Origin: Oscillospiraceae bacterium
Lineage (GTDB): Bacteria; Bacillota; Clostridia; Oscillospirales; Oscillospiraceae
Assembly (NCBI GenBank): GCA_017614755.1
Contig: JAGABH010000139.1
Coordinates: 7,868 to 71,867 of the forward strand
Direction of reading: 5' to 3'
Length of the DNA stretch: 64,000 bases
Shown here: piece after piece, positions 19,132 to 28,645 of the stretch
Layout of the letters: every line of letters starts with the position of its first letter
Position numbering within the stretch: position 1 is the stretch's first letter
Translations under genes and position numbers: made by a program
The notes under the pieces: generated by a model
What the model was told of the DNA's origin: nothing
Seen by the model: only the letters and a program-made list of their open reading frames with translations
Database searches by the model: none

Positions 19132-21585
19132 CTATTCGTATCCGTTGATATCCACGAAAACCCTGACGCCCCGATTCTCCTTTTCCCTGGAGAAACTTCG
19201 GACCAACTCGCTGAGCAGCTGCCGCAGAGGCTTTGAATTTTTGCAGGCCAAAGTGAGGCGAAAGCGGAATTGATTGTTGACTTTTGCGATAGCGTATGGA
19301 GCGGGGCCGAGCAGATCGGCCACCCCGGAAAGAAGACCGGCAGCTTCGATTCCATCCCATAGAGCTCTGGCAAACCGGCGGGCACAGTCTTGCACGTGTC
19401 TTTCCGGAAAACCTGAAAAACCGATCTGAATCTGGTCAAAGAATGGCGGGCAGTTTCGCAGACGGCGCAGAGGAAGCTCCGCCTCATAGAAGCCCGTATA
19501 GTCCTGGGCTGCGGCCTTCAGCAGCACGGGATTCCGGGGCGTCAGCGTCTGAATCAGTGCTGTCCCCGATTTTTCTCCCCGGCCGGAGCGTCCGACCACC
19601 TGAGTAATGAGAGAAAACGTGGTTTCCGCAGAGCGATAATTGTCCACATAGAGCGAGGCATCAGCGTCCACCACGCCCGCCAGGGTCACATCCGCAAAAT
19701 TCAAGCCCTTCGCCACCATCTGGGTTCCAATCAGCACGGAGGCATCCTCTTCGGCAAACTTGGACAGCAGCGCCTCGTGCGGATTCGTCGGCGTCACGGT
19801 ATCCCCGTCCATGTGTAGGATATTCGCCTCGGGAAGCAGCTGCCTCAAATCATATTCCAGCTGCTGCGTTCCAATGCCAACGCGTTTCAGATGGCCGCCG
19901 CATTCGGGGCACTTGCTGAAGACCGGCTGAGAGTGGCCGCAATAATGGCACATCAGCCGCTCGTTGACCATGTGATAGGTCAGGTTCACGCTGCACCGAG
20001 GACAGGCTGGGACAAATCCGCAGTCCACGCAGAGAATCAAACGGTTGCTTCCCCGTCGGTTCAGCAATAGAATGGACTTTTCCTTTCGGGCCATCCGATC
20101 CCGGACAGCATCCAGGAGCGGACGGCTGACAGCGGTAGCATTGCCGTCCATCAACTCCTGTTTCATATCCACCAGCTCCACGGCGGGAAGTTCCCTGCCG
20201 TTATAGCGCTCGGGAAGCCGATAAAGGGTATAAACACCCCGCCTGGCGTGATACATGGACTCCACGCTGGGGGTAGCGGAGCCCAGCAGCACAAGGGCAC
20301 CCTCCCGGCTGCCTCGATAGAGCGCAACTTCCCGGGCGTGGTAGCGGGGGCTGTTTTCAGATTTATAGGTGTGCTCCTGTTCCTCGTCCACTACGATCAA
20401 GCCAAGGTCCCCGAGCGGCGCAAAGACCGCAGAACGGGTACCCACCACCACCCGAGCCTCTCCCCGGACAATGCGCTTGTATTCGTCGTAGCGCTCCCCC
20501 ACCCGCAGGCCGCTGTGCAGAACAGAGATATCCTGGCCGAAGCAGGCGGAGAAAAGGCTCAGAAGCTGGGGGGTCAAAGCAATCTCCGGCACCAGAAGCA
20601 GGGCGGTTTTTTCTTGGGACAGACAGCGCCGGATCAAATTGATATAGATGGCCGTCTTGCCGGAGCCGGTGACGCCGAAGAGCAGCGCCGCCCCGGGTTC
20701 CGATTTGTCCATCTGCCCCAACAGGCCCTCAAATACCGGCTTCTGTTCCGGGGACAGGGTAAAGCTGACATCGCCGGAATAGGGGGCAATACGAGTCTTT
20801 CGCAAAACCTCCTGGGCGGAAATCTGAATCAGACCGGACCGCTCCAAAGAGCGGATTGTCTGTGTAGACGCCCCGGTAAAATATTGCAGCTCCTTTTGGG
20901 AGATCACGCCCACGGTGGACAGCAGATCCATCACGGAGCGCTGCATAGGGGCCGCCTTGCCTCTGCGGCGCAGGTGCTCTTCGATCTGCGCAGAGTCTGC
21001 GACACAAGTAAGAATTAACTCCGTTTTATCGCTGTTTTTTCGTCGAAGCTCTGTCTCAGCCCGAAGCCAGCCCTTGGAACGAAGCAGACGCAGGGCTTCC
21101 ATAACAGCCTCTTCGCTGCCGCACTGCCGAAACAGCGCATCGTCGCGAAACCTGCCGCCCGCGTCCTGAATCAGCTGCACCAGGTTTCTTTGAATCGGCT
21201 CCCGATCCAGTCGGTCAAGCCAATCCTCCGGCAGCTTTCCCAAGACAAAAACCTCCCGGGTTTGAAGCCAGAGGCCAGCGGGAAGCATAGCCCGAATGGC
21301 CTCATAGAAGGTGCAGAAATACCGCTCCCGCACAAAGGCAGCCAGCCGGAGCATCCGCTGGGATAGAACCGGAACAGGGTCCAGAAGGGCGGAAACAGAT
21401 TTCAGTTCCCCGGTCTCCCCTTCCTCCAAGGCCAAAATCATCCCCTCACGCAGACGGTTTCCCGCCCCGAAGGGTACACTGACCCGGCAACCGGGCCTGG
21501 CTGCAGAAAGGGACGCGGGCAGGGCGTAGCTGTATGGCTTGTCTATAGCGTAGACAAGGCCGTCCAGGGCAATTTTAGCAATCAT
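19132..21585 (-). CDS. priA: Primosomal replication-restart helicase PriA
   Basis: Walker A GVTGSGKT, DExx VVDEEQE, and the Cys-rich zinc region CVDCGFVPACPRCSVNLTYH..CHYCGH..CPECG. Confidence 0.95.
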   Translation of the reverse strand: MIAKIALDGLVYAIDKPYSYALPASLSAARPGCRVSVPFGAGNRLREGMILALEEGETGELKSVSALLDPVPVLSQRMLRLAAFVRERYFCTFYEAIRAMLPAGLWLQTREVFVLGKLPEDWLDRLDREPIQRNLVQLIQDAGGRFRDDALFRQCGSEEAVMEALRLLRSKGWLRAETELRRKNSDKTELILTCVADSAQIEEHLRRRGKAAPMQRSVMDLLSTVGVISQKELQYFTGASTQTIRSLERSGLIQISAQEVLRKTRIAPYSGDVSFTLSPEQKPVFEGLLGQMDKSEPGAALLFGVTGSGKTAIYINLIRRCLSQEKTALLLVPEIALTPQLLSLFSACFGQDISVLHSGLRVGERYDEYKRIVRGEARVVVGTRSAVFAPLGDLGLIVVDEEQEHTYKSENSPRYHAREVALYRGSREGALVLLGSATPSVESMYHARRGVYTLYRLPERYNGRELPAVELVDMKQELMDGNATAVSRPLLDAVRDRMARKEKSILLLNRRGSNRLILCVDCGFVPACPRCSVNLTYHMVNERLMCHYCGHSQPVFSKCPECGGHLKRVGIGTQQLEYDLRQLLPEANILHMDGDTVTPTNPHEALLSKFAEEDASVLIGTQMVAKGLNFADVTLAGVVDADASLYVDNYRSAETTFSLITQVVGRSGRGEKSGTALIQTLTPRNPVLLKAAAQDYTGFYEAELPLRRLRNCPPFFDQIQIGFSGFPERHVQDCARRFARALWDGIEAAGLLSGVADLLGPAPYAIAKVNNQFRFRLTLACKNSKPLRQLLSELVRSFSREKENRGVRVFVDINGYE

Positions 21586-21616
21586 GGCATCGTCTCCCGG
21601 CGCTGCCGGAGGCAGA

Positions 21617-21823
21617 TCACCGCAGGTATTCCTTCTTCACAGTGGCAGCCAGCTTGCCGTCGGCAACCTCGCGAATAGCCAGGGTGACCGGCTTCTCAGG
21701 CAGGGTGAGACCAAAGTCTCTGGCCTCAATGGCGATCTGGCGAGCCCGACGGGCCACCACGTTTACAAGCAAATACCGGCTGTCGATGTGGGTCAAAAGT
21801 TCACTCATGGGGGGATAAAGCAT
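21617..21823 (-). CDS. rpoZ: RNA polymerase omega subunit
   Basis: 68 aa reading MLYPPMSELLTHIDSRYLLVNVVARRARQI. Sits directly downstream of gmk, as in other Firmicutes. Confidence 0.88.
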   Translation of the reverse strand: MLYPPMSELLTHIDSRYLLVNVVARRARQIAIEARDFGLTLPEKPVTLAIREVADGKLAATVKKEYLR

Positions 21824-21824
21824 A

Positions 21825-22424
21825 TTAAAGTGCCTCCTTCAAAAGATGCTGTTGATGTTCGGTTTTCAGGGCCTCTGCCCGGAGAATAGACTGCACGTCG
21901 CTGACAGCGTCCTCCAGACGGTCATTGACGACAATGTACTGGTATTGGGGCGCGACAAGGTATTCCATCCTTGCCTGCTGCAGCCGCATAAGGACCTTCT
22001 CCTCATCGGTATCGCCTCTGCCCCGGAGTCTGCCGCCCAGAATTTCAAAGGACGGAGCAACAATGAAGATGGAAATGGCGTCCGGCCGGCGCTGCATCAC
22101 CTGCAAGCCTCCCTGGACCTCAATCTCCAGGATTACATCGAAGCCGGATTCCAACATTTGATTGACCGGTTCCTCCGGCGTTCCGTAGCGGTTGCCCACA
22201 TACTGGGCGTGTTCCAGAAAACGGTCCTCATCGATCATTTTCTCAAATTCTTCGTGAGAAATGAAATAGTAGTGGACTCCGTCCACTTCATTGGGACGAA
22301 TGGGGCGGGTCGTGGCGGAAACAGAGAGCTTCACCTGTGGGTCTCGCTCCATCAGCGCCTTCACAACGGTTCCTTTTCCCACGCCCGACGGTCCAGAAAT
22401 CACAATCAGTCTACCCTTCTTCAT
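21825..22424 (-). CDS. gmk: Guanylate kinase
   Basis: P-loop [11 protein letters not shown], then [17 protein letters not shown]. The ATG at 22424 (MKKGRLIV) follows GAGGAG by 7 nt; the ORF extends to 22460. Confidence 0.93.
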   Translation of the reverse strand: MKKGRLIVISGPSGVGKGTVVKALMERDPQVKLSVSATTRPIRPNEVDGVHYYFISHEEFEKMIDEDRFLEHAQYVGNRYGTPEEPVNQMLESGFDVILEIEVQGGLQVMQRRPDAISIFIVAPSFEILGGRLRGRGDTDEEKVLMRLQQARMEYLVAPQYQYIVVNDRLEDAVSDVQSILRAEALKTEHQQHLLKEAL

Positions 22425-22671
22425 CCGTCTGCTCCTCTTCATTCTGAAAACGGTTGGCAATGGTTTTCGGCTCCAGAGCCGAAAGAATCACATGATCCGT
22501 GTCCATAACCAAGACCGACTTTGTTTTTCGTCCAAAGCTGGCGTCAATCAACATTCCCCGATCCCTGGCCTCCTGGACAAGCCGCTTGACTGGCGCGGAA
22601 TCCGGGCTGATGACAGAAAGCAGACGCTGGGCCGATACCATGTTGCCAAATCCGATGTTAATGAGCTTCAT
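22411..22671 (-). CDS. remA: RemA/DUF370-family regulator
   Basis: Reads [65 protein letters not shown], typical of RemA. Start at 22671; the ORF extends to 22704. Confidence 0.88.
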   Translation of the reverse strand: MKLINIGFGNMVSAQRLLSVISPDSAPVKRLVQEARDRGMLIDASFGRKTKSVLVMDTDHVILSALEPKTIANRFQNEEEQTDEEG

Positions 22672-22748
22672 ATGATGCCTTTCCGAGGTGGAATAACCCC
22701 TCATCCGCCCCGGTCAGTACTCCGGAGCGACTTCCCTCGGGGGAAGAA

Positions 22749-23627
22749 TCATTCGATATTCTGGATTTGCTCCCGAATCTTCTCTAATTCGGCCTTCATG
22801 TCCACCACGGTCCGGGCGATTTCCAAATCGGAGCACTTGGAACCGATGGTATTGGTCTCCCGGTTAATCTCCTGCATCAAAAAGTCCAGCTTACGTCCGA
22901 TGGGCTCGTCGGCGGAAAGCATATCCCGGAGCTGGTCCAAATGGCTGCGGAGCCGGACAGTCTCTTCGTCCACAGCAACTTTGTCCGCAAAGATGGCGGC
23001 CTCTGTCAGAATCCTGGCCTCATCCACGGAGGCAGAGGAGAGCACCTCCTGCATTTTGGCAAAGAGCTTTTCCCGATATTCCGCCACAGAGCGGGGGGAG
23101 CGCTCTTCCACCAAGGTCACCTTCTCCAGAATTCCCTGGGCCTTGGCGGTAAGGTCTCGCGCCAAGGCCTCGCCCTCGGTTCTGCGCATGGCGTCATAGC
23201 CCTGCAAGGCCTCCCCTACCACGCCCAGAAGCTGCTGTTTCAACAATTCCTCGTCCTGCTCGTTTTTTTCCACAGTAAAGACGTCGGGAAGCCGGGAGAG
23301 GGTGCTGACGCTGACATCATCCCGAACCGGGTAACCCTCGGCAATGGCGCGCAGGGCGGAAAGATAGCCCTCCAGCACCGGGCGATTCAGGGCAATGCGG
23401 ACGTCAGTGCTCAGGGTCAGGTTCACGGTTACAAATACATCCACCTTGCCCCGAGTGACAAACTGCTTCACTGCCTGTTTTACCGCATCCTCGCAGAAAA
23501 CATATAGCCGCGGCAGCTTCACGGCGCAATCCAGATAACGGTTGTTGACGGAACGGACCTCCACGGTGACCTGCTTGTCCGAAAACACACCCACGGCTCG
23601 TCCGTAACCGGTCATGCTCTTAATCAC
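22749..23627 (-). CDS. yicC: YicC/YloC-family stress-induced protein (DUF1732)
   Basis: Reads MIKSMTGYGRA with the C-terminal DFLMQEINRETNTIGSK motif. Conserved yloC-remA-gmk-rpoZ order. Confidence 0.88.
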   Translation of the reverse strand: MIKSMTGYGRAVGVFSDKQVTVEVRSVNNRYLDCAVKLPRLYVFCEDAVKQAVKQFVTRGKVDVFVTVNLTLSTDVRIALNRPVLEGYLSALRAIAEGYPVRDDVSVSTLSRLPDVFTVEKNEQDEELLKQQLLGVVGEALQGYDAMRRTEGEALARDLTAKAQGILEKVTLVEERSPRSVAEYREKLFAKMQEVLSSASVDEARILTEAAIFADKVAVDEETVRLRSHLDQLRDMLSADEPIGRKLDFLMQEINRETNTIGSKCSDLEIARTVVDMKAELEKIREQIQNIE

Positions 23628-23672
23628 AGTTAATTACTCCTTTAATGTACAAATCGGCGTCCTGCATTCAAA

Positions 23673-24278
23673 TCAGCAATCAATGCTTTCGCAAATACTC
23701 TCACAGACACACTCGCAGCAGCATTCCGCACTGCAGGCCGCACAGTCAAATTTTGAACAAACGCCCTGTTTTCCCTTGGTTGGCTGGGAAAAAGCACTGG
23801 GCTTGGCACAAAACTTCTCTACCGCGTTTTGATATTCCTGATTCGATGGAACAGCGTCCGCGGCCCGCCGGACAAACTGACCGGCCTCGTCCATCCAGCC
23901 GCGCTTCCATGCGCAAATGCCGCGCAAATACAGCCATTCCGGATTACTGTCCCGGTCAGGCTGCTCCATCAGCAATCCGTTTGCCTCCTCCAGATTTCCC
24001 TTGTTCAGCAGATCGCGGATGCGGGTACTGACGCAGTCGGGTACGGCAGACGCCGCGGCGGGAGATTCGGGCGCTGCCGCTTCCCTTCCGGTCAGAAGAG
24101 CATAGGCAGAATGAATGTTCCGTCTTTTCTCCGCTGCCATATCCCAGAGGGGCGAACCCAAGTAGTTTTCCTCGCTGAATCGGGACAACAGTTTCCTATA
24201 CGCAGCGTCAATTTCCTCTCGCGTCGCTGTCTCGGAGACGTTCAGAATTTGATAGGGCGATTGAGATGCAGCATTCAT
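23673..24278 (-). CDS. Degenerate J-like domain / TPR-like / cysteine-string-tail protein (paralog of 24821..25429)
   Basis: J-like N-terminus SPYQILNVSETATREEIDAAYRKLLSRFSEENY, with HPD replaced by SEE. Shared core EWLYLRGICAWKRGWMDEAGQ..VPSNQEYQNAV. Tail CSKFDCAACSAECCCECVCESICESIDC has 11 Cys in 28 aa. Confidence 0.7.
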   Translation of the reverse strand: MNAASQSPYQILNVSETATREEIDAAYRKLLSRFSEENYLGSPLWDMAAEKRRNIHSAYALLTGREAAAPESPAAASAVPDCVSTRIRDLLNKGNLEEANGLLMEQPDRDSNPEWLYLRGICAWKRGWMDEAGQFVRRAADAVPSNQEYQNAVEKFCAKPSAFSQPTKGKQGVCSKFDCAACSAECCCECVCESICESIDC

Positions 24279-24293
24279 CGCAAAGCCCTCCTG

Positions 24294-24824
24294 CTAAAGC
24301 TTTGGCAAAATTTTGACCCGGAACCAGTTAATCAGCCCGGAAAAAGCAATGTCATAGATTACAAAGGCGATTAAAAGTGCTCCGATGAGAATTGCAGGGC
24401 CAAGGGCGCTCTTGGAAAAATCATAGGGAATCGCGCCGGTAAAAAGTGCCTGAAACACAAAATACAGCAGAGCCATACACACACCAAAGCCCAAAACCTT
24501 CAGCGTCCAGCCCAGAACCGGCCTTCCCTTTTTCACTTGCAGCCCCTCAATCAGGGCCTTCCAAATGGGATAGTGGCCGAAAAAGCAGGCAAACCAAACG
24601 CCGGCGGTCTTGTCCGGCAGAAGCAGCAGGGCCAAAAGCGCGGCCACGGCGGAAGCTCCCGCCGCCCAGCCGTACCCGCAGGCCATCACCGTCACCGCCG
24701 GAAAGATACCGGCCAGCGCAGCAAGGGAAAGGGTCACCCGTGGGACCACAGTCGAACCGGCCAGACAAATCACGCACAGAGCAGCCACCAGAGCGGAAAG
24801 GGTCAGCTTTTTGGTTCTGCTCAT
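24294..24824 (-). CDS. Small polytopic membrane protein (about 5 TM, hypothetical)
   Basis: The ATG at 24824 ([23 protein letters not shown]) overlaps the stop of the upstream J-protein gene as ATGA. The product is hydrophobic throughout. The ORF track extends it to 24878. Confidence 0.7.
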   Translation of the reverse strand: MSRTKKLTLSALVAALCVICLAGSTVVPRVTLSLAALAGIFPAVTVMACGYGWAAGASAVAALLALLLLPDKTAGVWFACFFGHYPIWKALIEGLQVKKGRPVLGWTLKVLGFGVCMALLYFVFQALFTGAIPYDFSKSALGPAILIGALLIAFVIYDIAFSGLINWFRVKILPKL

Positions 24825-25429
24825 CGGCAGCCTCCGCACAAGCAGTTCAGACAAAGCAGCGTGTTGCAGAGATTGCACGCATCGTCCATATCGCTGCGCT
24901 GGTAATTGGTCTGGCGGTAAGGTGTGTAGCCGCCCTGGACAGAGCGCAGGGCATTCTGGTACTCATAGTTGGAGGGGACCATGGCGCAGGCGGTCTGATA
25001 ATGCTGGCGGGCCTCGTCCAGCCAGCCCCGGCGATAGGCAATCGTTCCTTTGAGGAAATACCACTCGCCGTCCCGATTGGGAGCGGTGTTCAGCAGAGAA
25101 TCCGCGGCGTCAAGCTGATTGGCGTTGATATAGGCACGAACCTGGGCATAGGAACCGTTTGAGTTTCCGCCTCTATAGCTATACTGGTAGCCGCTGCTGC
25201 CCTGATAACTGCCGCTGCTCTGATAGCTGCCGCTCTGGCTGCCCCGGGAGCGGGTGATGGCGTCATAAGCCTCGTTGACCTCTTTCATCTTCTCGGATGC
25301 CAGATCGGCCAGCGGGTTATTTGCGTAGTTGTCGGGATGATACTTTTTGACCAGCTCCCGGTAGGCTGTCTTGATCTCACTGTCTGAGGCGGTGCGGGAC
25401 ACGCCCAACACCTCGTAGGGGTCCTTCAT
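24821..25429 (-). CDS. J-domain protein (HPD intact) with S/G/Y-rich linker, TPR-like segment and Cys-rich tail
   Basis: Reads [46 protein letters not shown]. Linker [22 protein letters not shown]. Core [32 protein letters not shown]. Tail [22 protein letters not shown] overlaps at both ends. Confidence 0.85.
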   Translation of the reverse strand: MKDPYEVLGVSRTASDSEIKTAYRELVKKYHPDNYANNPLADLASEKMKEVNEAYDAITRSRGSQSGSYQSSGSYQGSSGYQYSYRGGNSNGSYAQVRAYINANQLDAADSLLNTAPNRDGEWYFLKGTIAYRRGWLDEARQHYQTACAMVPSNYEYQNALRSVQGGYTPYRQTNYQRSDMDDACNLCNTLLCLNCLCGGCR

Positions 25430-26340
25430 CTTTTTTCTCCTGTATGATCATTTATTGTTTTTTTCTTTTGCCAGAGACTTTCCTTCGCCTGAAATTTTCC
25501 CGCTTTCACGGCACAAAATACACTGGGCAAGCCGAGAAACACAATATTTTCCAACAGCTTTCCATAAGCCCTTACCGGGAGCAGACTCAAAGCTGCCCCA
25601 GCCAGATTCACAGAGCTGTCGGTCAGCTCCGTCAGATAGGTCAAATCCTCCGAGCTGAGGGCGCCGTCCGAGGGGAAAAAGCGATATCGCAGGGGATTAT
25701 AGGCGTCTTTTTCGCAATCCTCTTTCAAATCGTCCAGGGCGTCAGCCAGGTAAAGAAATCTGCCGGTATGGTAGAGAACCTGCTCCATAGGACGCCGCAG
25801 ATTGCTGTCCTGAATGTCGCCAACGCAGCCGGAAACAATCCTCGCAAAGGTGTCTGCGGTGGCGTCAATGGAGGGGCTTGCGTTTTCTTCCAGCCCGTGC
25901 AGAGCGGAAAGCTGTTCTTCGCATAACGCGGCGAAGTCCGGATACGCCCGGGCAGCCTTACGATAGGCCCGACGGAACAGACGGAAGAGCAGACGATACG
26001 GCAGGCTCCGAAGGAAGCTCTCATCCCGAATGTTATCCCGGAGCTTTTCATAACTGAGGATAACCGTGCAGGCTGTCACGGGGGCGAAGCCCTGGGAATC
26101 CAGCGTGCAGGATTTCCGGCCGCAGACTCGAGCCGGACACCAGCAGGGGGCTGCCTCCCCGGGACAGCGCACAGAAGCGCGCAGCAGGTAGAGGAAGGTC
26201 ATATCATAGTTGACCAGGAACCTCGCCCGAAAGCCATACATCTTGCCCAGGGCGCGGCAAAGCCCGCAATAGGCATGACGATAGGCGTCGAACCCTCCCT
26301 GCTCCAACAGGTCTCGCCGGGGTCTGACATAGCCGAACAT
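25426..26340 (-). CDS. DUF5685-like Cys-rich protein (uncharacterised)
   Basis: The N-terminus [36 protein letters not shown] matches the DUF5685 opening as I remember it. A second Cys cluster reads [20 protein letters not shown]. The family assignment is from memory, not from a search. Confidence 0.65.
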   Translation of the reverse strand: MFGYVRPRRDLLEQGGFDAYRHAYCGLCRALGKMYGFRARFLVNYDMTFLYLLRASVRCPGEAAPCWCPARVCGRKSCTLDSQGFAPVTACTVILSYEKLRDNIRDESFLRSLPYRLLFRLFRRAYRKAARAYPDFAALCEEQLSALHGLEENASPSIDATADTFARIVSGCVGDIQDSNLRRPMEQVLYHTGRFLYLADALDDLKEDCEKDAYNPLRYRFFPSDGALSSEDLTYLTELTDSSVNLAGAALSLLPVRAYGKLLENIVFLGLPSVFCAVKAGKFQAKESLWQKKKTINDHTGEKR

Positions 26341-26352
26341 CAGAAAACTCCT

Positions 26353-27663
26353 TTATTCCCTGTCAGGCTCATTGGGCTCGACGTGCAAAGAAAGGTTCAC
26401 GTTGACCTCCACCCTGTCAGACTTGACTATAATGTCGTTATGGGCTTCATTGACGACCCGTCCAGGCACAGAAAAGGCGCCGTCATTGTTATATCCGCTC
26501 AGGTCTACCACAACATAAATTCCGTTGTTCGAATCATTCTTAATTTGATTGATCTTCTCCGTACTGCCCCAAATGGTCACCTTGACCGACGCGGGCGAGA
26601 TCTTATAATCGAAGCCGGAAGGAGCGTTTTCTACCCGAATATCCGAAACGAAAATATTTTCCTGAGTAATACCCTTGAGACGAATCACTGCCTTAATCTC
26701 AGATTCCTCTTTGGTGTTCTTCACATAAAGGGGAAGGTCCAGCCGGAAGCTCAGTTCCTGATAGCCGGAGGTAATTTCTGCAAGATCAACGTCGGCCAAC
26801 ACAATTTCGTCTTTCATCTCGTCAATTACGTCCGCCGGCCCCTTCACAAGAATCGACGAGGGGGACATCGTCACGCTGCCTACATTTTCTTTTTTAAGGA
26901 CATCGCTCTCGATGAAATTCAAGGTCAGCAGAATTTCCTTGGTACGATACACCGAAAGAGTAAGCCTGGTCTGAGGAACCCCGGCCTCGGAGAAATTTGA
27001 ATCAGGCAGTCGAATGGTGGTATGCTCGGAGAACTTGAGCTCCTCCCCGGCCTCGTCCAGGAACAGGATTGGAACAAACTCATACACCGACTCTCTCAGC
27101 TCAGAGACGTCGCAGTTTACAACTACCTTGGCGATCCGGCCGACCTCCTCTTCCGGACCAAGTACTTCAACCTCAAAGGGGTCCAGTACGACGCTGTCCG
27201 TTTCGATCAGGTACCCTTCCATGGGAGAACCGGTCGTGACGAACTCGATGGGGAATGTCTTTTGTACCAGCTGACTTACGGTAACGGTCACATAGCTTAC
27301 GCTCATGTTGAGAATATCCACGTCGCTGGTACGGACGGTGTCCGGGAATGTCACCTCCAGGGGAAGGACCTGGGGTCCGGTGCCCTTAATCTTGCTGGCG
27401 TCCGCATTGACCCGGATGGTCTCCGCGTTCAGCTTGGAACAGTTGGCACGCAGCGTACTGAGCTGCAAATTTAAACTGTCAACATTCTGCTGGGTGATGA
27501 CCAGCCCCCGTTCCTCCAGGGCAAAGGTGCCATCAATGCTGATGGGAATGTTCGGGACGCCCCAGGGAACTTCCTTCGCAACGGTGGAAATAACGTAGAG
27601 CCAGAGCAGAACCGCCGCCAGCAGAGAAATCAGCATGGTAAAAATTTTACGACCCCGAAACAT
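26353..27663 (-). CDS. cdaR: YbbR-domain protein CdaR (regulator of diadenylate cyclase)
   Basis: N-terminal TM helix followed by repeated beta-rich YbbR-like modules (V.V.V....P..V.V.....). Overlaps the end of cdaA and sits immediately downstream of it. Confidence 0.8.
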   Translation of the reverse strand: MFRGRKIFTMLISLLAAVLLWLYVISTVAKEVPWGVPNIPISIDGTFALEERGLVITQQNVDSLNLQLSTLRANCSKLNAETIRVNADASKIKGTGPQVLPLEVTFPDTVRTSDVDILNMSVSYVTVTVSQLVQKTFPIEFVTTGSPMEGYLIETDSVVLDPFEVEVLGPEEEVGRIAKVVVNCDVSELRESVYEFVPILFLDEAGEELKFSEHTTIRLPDSNFSEAGVPQTRLTLSVYRTKEILLTLNFIESDVLKKENVGSVTMSPSSILVKGPADVIDEMKDEIVLADVDLAEITSGYQELSFRLDLPLYVKNTKEESEIKAVIRLKGITQENIFVSDIRVENAPSGFDYKISPASVKVTIWGSTEKINQIKNDSNNGIYVVVDLSGYNNDGAFSVPGRVVNEAHNDIIVKSDRVEVNVNLSLHVEPNEPDRE

Positions 27664-28537
27664 CGCCGTTGCCTCCCTTCCTGCGGTTCTTTCCCTTAAT
27701 GCGGTCCAGGACGCCGCCCCGGCTCTTTTCTTCGCCGATCAACTCCTGAATCAACAGCTTGTGCAGCGTCTCGGTGGCAAGATGGCGCTTCAGCATTCCT
27801 TCGATGGCGACAGAAATCGCGCCAGTCTCCTCCGAGACAATCACCACCACGGCGTCGCAGCTCTCGCTCATCCCCACGCCCGCCCGGTGGCGGGTGCCAA
27901 GGTCCGTAGAAAGAGAGCGGTTGTCGGACAGAGGCAGGACACAGCCCGCCGCCTCGATCCGGGAATCATGAATAATCATGGCGCCGTCATGGAGCGAAGC
28001 CTTGGGGAAAAAGATGTTGCGTACCAGCTCTTGGGAAACAGCCGCATCCACCGTTGTGCCCGTGGCGGCAATCTGCTCCAGGGAAATGGAGCGCTCAAAG
28101 ACAATCAGTGCGCCGACCTTTTCCTTGGACATGGCCTCGCAGGCCCGAACCACCTCTTCAATGGCCTCAGGACTGTCCATCTGCCCCTGGCCGGCGGTCA
28201 TGCCGATCAGTCCCTTCACAGAGCCCCGGGCGCCCACCCGTTCCAGCAAACGGCGAAGCTCCGGTTGGAACACAATCACAAGGGCGACAAATCCCAGCTC
28301 CAGCACACGGTCCAGCAAATATTTCACCGTATGCAGATTCAGCAGGTCTGTCACAAAGGTTGCCAGCAACAAGAGAATGATCGCCTTGGCGATTCGATTG
28401 GCGCTGGTGGACCGGATCATGTTAATCACGCAGTAAAACAGCACGGCCACAAGGAGAATATCAAATATATCCGACAAAGATACGCTGGGAATCGTACTTT
28501 GCACCTCGGAAAAGAATTTTTGTATTTCTTCTATCAT
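27647..28537 (-). CDS. cdaA: Membrane-bound diadenylate cyclase CdaA (DisA_N domain)
   Basis: Three N-terminal TM helices. Reads IVFQPELRRLLERVG, DGAMIIHD.RIEAAGCVLPLS and GTRHRAGVGMSE. Confidence 0.93.
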   Translation of the reverse strand: MIEEIQKFFSEVQSTIPSVSLSDIFDILLVAVLFYCVINMIRSTSANRIAKAIILLLLATFVTDLLNLHTVKYLLDRVLELGFVALVIVFQPELRRLLERVGARGSVKGLIGMTAGQGQMDSPEAIEEVVRACEAMSKEKVGALIVFERSISLEQIAATGTTVDAAVSQELVRNIFFPKASLHDGAMIIHDSRIEAAGCVLPLSDNRSLSTDLGTRHRAGVGMSESCDAVVVIVSEETGAISVAIEGMLKRHLATETLHKLLIQELIGEEKSRGGVLDRIKGKNRRKGGNGDVSGS

Positions 28538-28601
28538 AGCAAGCTCCTGTATCCACGATGGAGGACGGTCTCCACAGAGTAATCCTATTTTATCCTTTGA
28601 A

Positions 28602-28630
28602 TTATACTCGATTTCGGATAAAAACGCAAG
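28602..28630 (-). promoter_or_regulatory. Candidate SigA promoter for cdaA-cdaR
   Basis: Minus strand reads TTGCGT (28630..28625), 17 nt, TATAAT (28607..28602). Confidence 0.35.
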
Positions 28631-28645
28631 GGTTTTCTTGTCTTT

